Source: Clostridiales bacterium
Lineage (GTDB): Bacteria; Bacillota; Clostridia; Christensenellales; Borkfalkiaceae
Length of the DNA: 64,000 bases
Direction: 5' to 3'
Assembly (NCBI GenBank): GCA_015055805.1
Contig: SVHN01000003.1
Location: forward strand, 96,503-160,502
Shown: positions 57,041-64,000 of the stretch, piece by piece
How the letters are laid out: each line of letters starts with the position of its first letter
Position numbering within the stretch: the first letter of the stretch is position 1
Translations under genes and position numbers: made by a program
Notes under the pieces: generated by a model
What the model was told of the DNA's origin: nothing
Databases searched by the model: none
Seen by the model: only the letters and a program-made list of their open reading frames with translations

Positions 57041-58722
57041 TACATCTGCTCCACGGTTTCAATACCCAAAAGGGTGAGCGCGTTAGTCAAAGTAATCTTA
57101 ACGGCTTTGGTAATTTTCAAGCGGAAGTTTCTCACGTTCTCGTCGTCTACTGCAATCTTGCAGTTCATATAGAACTTATTAAATGCAGTCGCCAGATCCA
57201 AAGAGTATCTCGTTACGAACGACGGCTCGTATTTTTCCGCCGCGCTCTTAACTATATCACCGAACTTGCCAAGACAGGATATAACTTCGTATTCGTCTGC
57301 ACTCATATTGACGTTTCTATACTCTCCGCCCTTGCCACATTTAGCCATAACGCTGTTTGCCCTAGCCACGGTATACTGAACGTACGGACAGGTTTCGCCC
57401 TCAAAACTAAGCACTCTGTCGTAACTAAACACTATGTCTTTAATCTTATTGTTACAAAGCGCGCCAAAGATAACTGCGCCCGTACCGACCGCACGCGCGG
57501 TGTTTTCCTTGTCGGGAAGATTTGGATTCTTTTCTTCTATAACTTTAAACGCTTTCTCAATGGTCTTATTTATTACGTCTTCTAAAAGAACGACCTTACC
57601 CTCACGGGTACTCATTGAGCCGCTTTCTAGCGATACCATGCCGTAAGCGACGTGCACCATATCTTTTGCCCAAGGCTTACCCATTAATTCAAGCACTTTA
57701 AAGAACTGCTTAAAGTGTAGATTTTGCTGATATGCTACGACGTATAAGCATTTATCAAAGTCGTAGGTGTTTTTACGGTAAACGGCGGCGGCTATATCAC
57801 GGGTGGCGTAAAGGGTTGAGCCGTCCGACTTTAATATTAGACAGGGCGGCATACCGTACTCTTCCAAATCGACGATTGACGCGCCGTCCGACATCTTCAT
57901 AAGCCCTTTTGCACGTATCTCGTCAACGACAGCGTCCATTTTATCGTTATAAAAACTTTCGCCTGCATACGAATCAAACGAAACGTTTAACAATTTATAA
58001 ATCTTATCGACTTCTTCAAGCGTAATCTTTTTGAACAGTTCAAAAAGTTCGTTGCTTTCCTTGTCGCCGTCTTCAATCAGTTTAAAATACCTGCGCGCCT
58101 CGTCGTCCATCTCGGGGTGAAGTTTTGCTTCTTCGTGATACTTGACGTAAATTCTAGAAAGTTCTTTCAATCTACCTTCTAAAACGGCGGCCTCGCTGCT
58201 CCATTTTTTAAACGCGACTATAAGTTTACCGAACTGTGTGCCGTAGTCGCCAAGGTGGTTTATACCGACCACTTTATAGCCTAAAAACCTAAATATCTTG
58301 CACAGCGCGCTGCCGATAACGGTAGTACTTAGATGCCCGATATGGAAAGGTTTTGCTATGTTTATTGAAGAATAGTCTATGCAGACGGTTTTACCGCTAC
58401 CGATACTGTCTGAGCCGTACTTATCGCCCTTTCCGATTATCTCGTTTAAGAGCGTATCGGCGTAGCCTACGCGGTTTATCTTAAAGTTAAGATATCCGTT
58501 TACTGCCGAGACTTCACTCACCATATCGTCGCGTTCGAAAGACGCGGCAAGCCCTTCGGCAATAGCTATCGGGGATTTTCTTAAAAGTTTACTTAACTTA
58601 AAGCACGGAAGAGCGTAATCGCCCATTTCCGTGTTCGGGGGTATCTCTATAAAAGACGCGATATCTTCAACCGATACGCCGTCTATATTCAATTTTTCTG
58701 CAATATAACTTTTGTAATCCAT
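57040..58722 (-). CDS. argS: Arginine--tRNA ligase
   Basis: 560 aa. Class I HIGH-type motif (PFHIGH), an MSTREGK (KMSK-like) motif, and the N-terminal Arg_tRNA_synt_N and DALR anticodon-binding regions. Confidence 0.95.
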   Translation of the reverse strand: MDYKSYIAEKLNIDGVSVEDIASFIEIPPNTEMGDYALPCFKLSKLLRKSPIAIAEGLAASFERDDMVSEVSAVNGYLNFKINRVGYADTLLNEIIGKGDKYGSDSIGSGKTVCIDYSSINIAKPFHIGHLSTTVIGSALCKIFRFLGYKVVGINHLGDYGTQFGKLIVAFKKWSSEAAVLEGRLKELSRIYVKYHEEAKLHPEMDDEARRYFKLIEDGDKESNELFELFKKITLEEVDKIYKLLNVSFDSYAGESFYNDKMDAVVDEIRAKGLMKMSDGASIVDLEEYGMPPCLILKSDGSTLYATRDIAAAVYRKNTYDFDKCLYVVAYQQNLHFKQFFKVLELMGKPWAKDMVHVAYGMVSLESGSMSTREGKVVLLEDVINKTIEKAFKVIEEKNPNLPDKENTARAVGTGAVIFGALCNNKIKDIVFSYDRVLSFEGETCPYVQYTVARANSVMAKCGKGGEYRNVNMSADEYEVISCLGKFGDIVKSAAEKYEPSFVTRYSLDLATAFNKFYMNCKIAVDDENVRNFRLKITKAVKITLTNALTLLGIETVEQM

Positions 58723-58858
58723 AATTTTCTCCGTTTGCTATTACATAATACCACATAATTTATTAAAAAAGCAACCTAAAAACTTGTAATTTTTTGTAAT
58801 TTGGATTATAATTAACGGGTAAATACACAAACGACATAATTTTTTAGGGAGATTAAAT

Positions 58859-59956
58859 ATGAAACTTGGCGTAGTTGGACTTCCCAACGTAGGCAAATCA
58901 ACGTTATTTAACGCTATCACTCACGCTGGCGCAGAGTGCGCTAACTATCCTTTCTGCACAATAGAACCGAACGTAGGAATAGTCGCTGTTCCGGACAGTC
59001 GCTTGGACGTTCTCGGAAAAATGTATAACACCAAAAAGATCACACCTGCGGTAGTCGAATTCGTTGACATTGCAGGATTAGTTAAGGGCGCAAGCAAAGG
59101 CGAAGGGCTAGGCAATAAATTCCTTGCAAACATCAGGGAAACCGACGCTATCGTTCACGTAGTAAGGTGCTTTGAAGACGAAAACGTTACGCACGTTGAC
59201 GACGCTATCGATCCGTTAAGGGATATCGAAACCATTAACTTAGAACTTATTTTTGCAGACACCGAATCGGTAAAGAAACGCTTAGATAAAGCCATCTCTA
59301 TGACTAAGACTGGCGACAAAAAATATAAGATTGAGGCGGAGTTTTTAGAAAGGCTTTATAACCACCTAAACGATCTTAAACCCGCAAGAACACTTCCCGT
59401 AAACGACGATGAAAAAGAATACTTAAAATCATTATTTTTAATCACCGAAAAGCCTGTTATCTACACCGCAAATATCGGTGAAATGGATATGGGCAAACCC
59501 GAAGAAGATCTTCCGCTAGTTAAAAAGGTTATCGACTTTGCAAAGTCTGAAAACTGCGAACACATGGTAATCTGCGCTAAAACCGAAGAAGAACTTTCTA
59601 TGCTCGACCCAGAAGAACAGCAAATGTTCCTAGAAGAGTTGGGATTAAAAGAGAGCGGTCTTGATAGACTAGTTACCACTTCTTATCGCCTATTAGGACT
59701 TATAAGTTATCTTACCGCAGGTGAAAAAGAAGTACGCGCTTGGACGATTGAACTCGGCACGAAAGCACCGCAAGCCGCAGGAAAAATCCACAGCGATTTT
59801 GAAAAGGGATTTATCCGCGCGGAAATAGTTGACTACGATATCTTGGTTGAACTCGGTAGTTTTAACGCCGCAAAGGAAAAAGGTAAAGTTCGCTCGGAAG
59901 GAAAAGATTACGTTATCAAAGACGGCGACGTCGTACTGTTTAGATTTAACGTTTAA
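58859..59956 (+). CDS. ychF: Redox-regulated ribosome-binding ATPase YchF
   Basis: MKLGVVGLPNVGKSTLFNA, DIAGLVKGAS.GEGLGN and the C-terminal TGS-like ..VRAWTIELGTKAPQAAGKIHSDFEKGFIRAE.. Confidence 0.95.
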   Translation: MKLGVVGLPNVGKSTLFNAITHAGAECANYPFCTIEPNVGIVAVPDSRLDVLGKMYNTKKITPAVVEFVDIAGLVKGASKGEGLGNKFLANIRETDAIVHVVRCFEDENVTHVDDAIDPLRDIETINLELIFADTESVKKRLDKAISMTKTGDKKYKIEAEFLERLYNHLNDLKPARTLPVNDDEKEYLKSLFLITEKPVIYTANIGEMDMGKPEEDLPLVKKVIDFAKSENCEHMVICAKTEEELSMLDPEEQQMFLEELGLKESGLDRLVTTSYRLLGLISYLTAGEKEVRAWTIELGTKAPQAAGKIHSDFEKGFIRAEIVDYDILVELGSFNAAKEKGKVRSEGKDYVIKDGDVVLFRFNV

Positions 59957-59971
59957 TATTCCACTAACGAT

Positions 59972-60000
59972 AAAAGGTCGGTTATCAAACCGACCTTTTT
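59972..60000. terminator. Bidirectional terminator (AAAAGGTCGG / CCGACCTTTT)
   Basis: Stem flanked by A and T runs, lying between the convergent ychF and typA genes. Confidence 0.75.
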
Positions 60001-60009
60001 CTATTTGGT

Positions 60010-61833
60010 TTATTCTAATCCCTTTGCCTTACGCTTTAATCTCGTTTCGGTATCCAAAGTTTTCTTTCTTATACGGACGTTCTTTGGGGTAACTTCAAGC
60101 ATCTCGTCGTCGTTGATAAACTCCATCGCCTCTTCCAAACTCATAAGCTTTGGCGTTTCAAGCCTGAGCGCGTCGTCCGAACCCGATGCACGAGTATTAG
60201 TCAAGTGTTTTTTCTTGCAGACGTTAACGCTTATATCTTCGTTCTTCGGCGATACACCGACTACCATACCTTCGTAAACGGGCGTGCCTGCGCCGATAAA
60301 TAATTGTCCCCTACCTTGGGCGTTAAATAGTCCGTAAGTAACCGCCTCGCCCGTTTCAAACGCGACCAAAGATCCTGTTGCTCTGCGTTCTATCTCACCC
60401 TTAAACTCTTCGTAGCCGTAGAATATGGTGTTGAATACGCCTTCGCCCCTAGTTTCAGTAAGGAATTGACTCTTATAGCCGAACAGTCCCCTTGCAGGAA
60501 CTTTGAACTCTAATCTTATGCGGCTGCCGATATTTTCCATTTGTAGAAGTTCACCCTTTCTTACGCCCATACTTGAAAATACGCTGCCCGTCTTATCTTC
60601 GGGGACGTCTACGACAAGTCTTTCCATAGGCTCTAAGGTAACTCCGTCTATTTCTTTATACATTACCTTTGGCGCGCCGACCTGAAATTCGTAACCCGCA
60701 CGACGCATGGTTTCGATAAGTATAGAAAGATGCATTTCACCCCTACCGCAAACCCTATACGAATCCGCAGAGTCGGTTTCTTCAACGCGGAGAGAAACGT
60801 CCTTTAACATTTCCTTAAACAATCTGTCGCGAAGATGTCTTGTTGTAACGAACTTTCCTTCCTTACCAGCAAACGGACTGTCGTTTACCGAGAAAAGCAT
60901 TTCTACGGTAGGTTCGCTTATCTTCACGAAAGGTACTGGTTCAACTAGTTGCGGTGAACAGATAGTGTCGCCTATCGATATGTTTTCAAGACCGCTCACG
61001 CAAACTATATCGCCAGCCTTTGCCGTTTCAACAGCCACTCTGTTTAAGCCTTCTATCTGATATATACTAACTAGTTTGCCTTTGACTTCTTTGCCCGTAA
61101 CGTTGTAGTTACAAGTTTGCACTTCTTGGTTTATGCTAACCGAACCGCGCTCAATCCTACCGATACCGATTCTTCCAACGTATTCGTTATAGTCGATGGA
61201 CGAAACGAGCATTTGGAAAGGGCCTTCATCGTCGACTTCTTGCGGTTCAAAGTGGTTTATTATCGCATCAAAAAGCGGGGTTAAATCTTTACCCTGTTGA
61301 GTGCAAGACGTGCTTGCCGTTCCCGCTCTACCCGAACAGAAAATAATCGGACTATCTATCTGTTCGTCGCTTGCGTTAAGGTCGAATAATAGTTCTAAAA
61401 TCTCGTCCTGAACTTCCGAAAGTCTTGCATCGGGTCTGTCGATTTTATTTACTACTATTATTAGTTTATGGTTAAGTTCTAGTGCCTTTTGCATAACGAA
61501 CCTAGTCTGTGGCATAGGTCCTTCACAAGCATCAACAAGCACCAAAACACCGTTGACCATTTTTAGAACACGCTCAACTTCACCGCCGAAGTCGGCGTGA
61601 CCGGGGGTATCAACGACGTTGATTTTAACGCCGTTATAAAAAGCCGAAGTGTTTTTTGCAAGTATGGTAATACCGCGCTCTCTTTCAAGATCGCCCGAGT
61701 CCATAACCCTGTCCATAACTTCCTGATTATTGCGGAAAATTCCGCCTTGTTTTAACATCTCGTTGACCAGCGTTGTTTTACCATGGTCAACGTGCGCGAT
61801 AATCGCTACGTTTCTTACGTCAGTTCTTTTCAA
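60010..61833 (-). CDS. typA: Translational GTPase TypA/BipA
   Basis: VRNVAIIAHVDHGKTTL, DTPGHADFGGE and NKIDR. 607 aa. The start codon is TTG. Confidence 0.95.
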   Translation of the reverse strand: MKRTDVRNVAIIAHVDHGKTTLVNEMLKQGGIFRNNQEVMDRVMDSGDLERERGITILAKNTSAFYNGVKINVVDTPGHADFGGEVERVLKMVNGVLVLVDACEGPMPQTRFVMQKALELNHKLIIVVNKIDRPDARLSEVQDEILELLFDLNASDEQIDSPIIFCSGRAGTASTSCTQQGKDLTPLFDAIINHFEPQEVDDEGPFQMLVSSIDYNEYVGRIGIGRIERGSVSINQEVQTCNYNVTGKEVKGKLVSIYQIEGLNRVAVETAKAGDIVCVSGLENISIGDTICSPQLVEPVPFVKISEPTVEMLFSVNDSPFAGKEGKFVTTRHLRDRLFKEMLKDVSLRVEETDSADSYRVCGRGEMHLSILIETMRRAGYEFQVGAPKVMYKEIDGVTLEPMERLVVDVPEDKTGSVFSSMGVRKGELLQMENIGSRIRLEFKVPARGLFGYKSQFLTETRGEGVFNTIFYGYEEFKGEIERRATGSLVAFETGEAVTYGLFNAQGRGQLFIGAGTPVYEGMVVGVSPKNEDISVNVCKKKHLTNTRASGSDDALRLETPKLMSLEEAMEFINDDEMLEVTPKNVRIRKKTLDTETRLKRKAKGLE

Positions 61834-61879
61834 AATTAAAGTCCGTCCTTAATAATTTCTCGGCTTTTCCCTATTATCA

Positions 61880-62398
61880 TTACAACACGGCAAGCAGGGC
61901 AATAAGTGTTTTTGCGTCCTTGATCTCACCGTTATTTATCATGCTTTTTAGCTTGTCTTTTTCTATCCACTCGCCCGCTAAAAACTCGTCTTCGTCAAGG
62001 TGGATTGCAGTGTCCGTTATACCTTCCGCGCGGTAAATCCTAATAATCTCGTCGGTATACGCAGGGGTTGGATAAACGTCGAACATCTTAACTACGCGCT
62101 CTGCCCTTACTCCGCCTTCTTCTTCAAGTTCACGTATAGCCGTAACCGCGGGGTCTTCGCCAGGGTTAAGTTTACCTGCCGGCAATTCGTAAAGTTCTTG
62201 ATTATACGGATAGCGGAACTGTTTTACCAAAAGAATTTTATTATCCCTTTCGCACAGTATCGCGCTGCCGCCCGAATGCTCAACCATTTCGCGTATAGCC
62301 GTTTTGCCGTTGGGAAGTAGCACGTCGTCACGGCGAAGATTTAAGATTTTACCCTTAAATATGTAGTTTTTGTTTATAGTCTTTTCCTCAAAGTCCAT
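61880..62398 (-). CDS. NUDIX hydrolase (ADP-ribose pyrophosphatase-like)
   Basis: Nudix box GKLNPGEDPAVTAIRELEEEGGV. Confidence 0.85.
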   Translation of the reverse strand: MDFEEKTINKNYIFKGKILNLRRDDVLLPNGKTAIREMVEHSGGSAILCERDNKILLVKQFRYPYNQELYELPAGKLNPGEDPAVTAIRELEEEGGVRAERVVKMFDVYPTPAYTDEIIRIYRAEGITDTAIHLDEDEFLAGEWIEKDKLKSMINNGEIKDAKTLIALLAVL

Positions 62399-63197
62399 TT
62401 ACTATGCTTTTAAGCTCCTTTGAGATTTTAAGTATTCTTCCGCGGAATAGCCATCTGTGGTATTTTGCGACGTATTTATACGCGACGAAAGCGTACTCTA
62501 TGGCGTCTTTATCTTCGCTATCAATAACGTTAGCCAGCATGTCCACCACTAGGAAAATATCGTTTTTAACTATGACTTTTAGTTTACTAGCCTTGACCTT
62601 TTTCTTGTCCTCTAAAAGCATAGCCTTAATTTTTCTAACGCTTGCGCCGTAGACCTTTTTCTGCAAGTCTTTTTCTTTCTGCGCGCTCTTTTCTTCCTTT
62701 TCACGCTCAGCCGCACGGCGGTTCTCTTCTTCGTTAAGTGCCTCTATCGGGTCTTGAAGTTTTCCTTCAATAACGCTTTCCATAAGCATTTTCACAGAGT
62801 TCCTAAACGGCTTTATCATAGCGGTTATAAAGGCGTCGTACCCCGACGAGAAACTTCCGTCTTCAAAAAAGTACTTGTTGATAAACTCTGCAAAGTCTAT
62901 TCTCTTTGCGTCGATTTCAACCAGCACGTAAAATATGAACGCTAAAAGTTCCCTTGAATTAGGCGGCAGAATAAATTCACCCTTGTCGCTTGAATACTGA
63001 CTTTTAACTAGATATTTTTTCTGCGCCGCGTAATAGTCGAAGTCGGCAAGACAATTTTTAAATAGTGCAACGAAAGTATCCGAAGTTGCAATTACCTTCA
63101 AAAGGTTTGCAAGTTTAATGTCCGCCAGAATATACTTACTGTCGATAAACTCGTCACAACGCTCTAAAAATAAATCTAATTCTTCACGCTTTGTCAA
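62388..63197 (-). CDS. Hypothetical protein (269 aa) with a central charged coiled-coil segment
   Basis: Long ORF in the dominant orientation that overlaps the NUDIX gene by 11 nt. I do not recognise a family. The central stretch is EEENRRAAEREKEEKSAQKEKDLQKK. Confidence 0.55.
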   Translation of the reverse strand: MTKREELDLFLERCDEFIDSKYILADIKLANLLKVIATSDTFVALFKNCLADFDYYAAQKKYLVKSQYSSDKGEFILPPNSRELLAFIFYVLVEIDAKRIDFAEFINKYFFEDGSFSSGYDAFITAMIKPFRNSVKMLMESVIEGKLQDPIEALNEEENRRAAEREKEEKSAQKEKDLQKKVYGASVRKIKAMLLEDKKKVKASKLKVIVKNDIFLVVDMLANVIDSEDKDAIEYAFVAYKYVAKYHRWLFRGRILKISKELKSIVNGL

Positions 63198-63374
63198 GAC
63201 AATATCCTCCGATCATACGTTTATTTAGATAATTATACCACAATATCACGGCATTATAAACTTTTTTTGTCATATTTTTGCAAAATTTTCAGTAAAGTTC
63301 TTTACAAATTTTATTTTTGTGTTATAATTAAACAACGGTAATAAACTGTAAACTGTTATTATGGAGAATAGTGT

Positions 63375-63899
63375 ATGCAGGTCAAAGGTGACTCATCATT
63401 AAACAAATTAATATTGTTGTTCGTCTTTGACAAGATGGAAGTTCCGCTATCTGAAAACACCGTTTTAGATATGTGTTGTTCTTCTAACAATTGGCTAGCG
63501 TATATGGACTGTCAGCCCATATTAAACCAACTTCTAGACTGTGGTTGGATTTATAATATCGGAAACGCGGGCGAGCCGCTATATACCATCACCCCTGACG
63601 GGCGTATCTGCCTTGCTAACTTCTTCATCAATATCCCTGCCTCTACTCGCGAAGAGATTTCGCTGTTTATTAAGAATAACCGCGCAAAGTACCGCAGAAA
63701 ACAAGAGTGCGTTGCCGATTACTTTATGAATAAAGACGGCACGTATACGGTTTATCTAAAAATAATCGAGCCTGCTCAGCCCGTCCTTGAACTTAAACTA
63801 GTCGTTCCCAACAGACAGACGGCTAAGGATATCTATAAAAAATGGGGCGAAAAAGCAGCCGACGTTTACCGCAATCTTTACGAGAATTTAGTAGATTAG
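63375..63899 (+). CDS. DUF4364-family protein (putative winged-helix/PadR-like regulator)
   Basis: NKLILLFVFDKMEVPLSENTVLDMC..NWLAYMDCQPILNQLLDCGWI matches the DUF4364 pattern I recall from Clostridia. SD is TGGAGAA. Confidence 0.6.
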   Translation: MQVKGDSSLNKLILLFVFDKMEVPLSENTVLDMCCSSNNWLAYMDCQPILNQLLDCGWIYNIGNAGEPLYTITPDGRICLANFFINIPASTREEISLFIKNNRAKYRRKQECVADYFMNKDGTYTVYLKIIEPAQPVLELKLVVPNRQTAKDIYKKWGEKAADVYRNLYENLVD

Positions 63900-63916
63900 T
63901 TTTAAGGAGACAAAAA

Positions 63917-64000
63917 ATGCAAACTTACATGACCAGAGGGACTTGCTCAAGACAAATTTTATACGACGTAACCGAAGACAACAAGATCACCAACGTAAAA
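63917..64000 (+). CDS. TSCPD-domain small protein (TIGR03905-like), 5' fragment truncated by the window end
   Basis: AAGGAGA SD followed by an ATG. The N-terminus MQTYMTRGTCSRQILYDVTEDNKITNV fits the ..GvCs..I.f.. start of this family. Only 28 codons are visible. Confidence 0.5.
   Translation, partial: MQTYMTRGTCSRQILYDVTEDNKITNVK

Noticed and set aside
58723-58858. Possible T-box or other leader upstream of argS.
   Set aside because: Only 136 nt separate argS from the divergent ychF gene, and that space must hold both promoters. That is too short for a T-box, and I saw no specifier or T-box sequence.

Overview
This window looks like a Firmicutes (Clostridia-like) chromosomal segment. I call 59 CDS, 52 of them on the minus strand, and 1 tRNA. 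All protein calls come from reading motifs in the supplied translations, because no searches could be run.

Most of the window is conserved housekeeping:
- rplU-rpmA
- murB, a PHP-domain gene, whiA, dnaE, pfkA and a PPi-dependent PFK
- rpsO, pnp, a polysaccharide deacetylase and an M16 peptidase (the B. subtilis rpsO-pnpA-ylxY-mlpA order)
- secD, secF, recJ, relA, an MBL-fold hydrolase and a HemZ-like radical SAM gene
- a GyrB/ParE-GyrA/ParC-type topoisomerase pair
- rho followed by a solitary DNA methyltransferase
- argS, ychF and typA

Two parts stand out.
1. A roughly 700-nt non-coding locus (28.1-28.8 kb) surrounds a single tRNA-Gly(CCC). It holds an exact inverted copy of the tRNA 3' end, a decayed convergent tRNA-Gly copy, two different direct-repeat pairs that both have a 114-nt period, and a consensus promoter that would give the tRNA a roughly 200-nt structured leader. 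The locus lies between a zinc-ribbon membrane protein and an SPFH/zinc-ribbon protein.
2. A roughly 18-kb accessory catabolic region (29.9-48.1 kb) contains several operons that match no textbook pathway:
- PIG-L deacetylase, Gfo/Idh/MocA, NagB-like, MtlD-like and PfkB kinase
- SIS, TIM-like, YjbQ-like and an AEC transporter
- CapA, YitT and UxaC
- an M24 creatinase-fold protein, Maa, a sensory-rhodopsin-transducer-family protein and a creatininase-family protein

Two AraC regulators sit in this region. Their genes share the same apparently leaderless promoter layout, with 21-bp-spaced direct repeats next to the -35.

I saw no CRISPR array, transposase, integrase, prophage or recognisable defence system.
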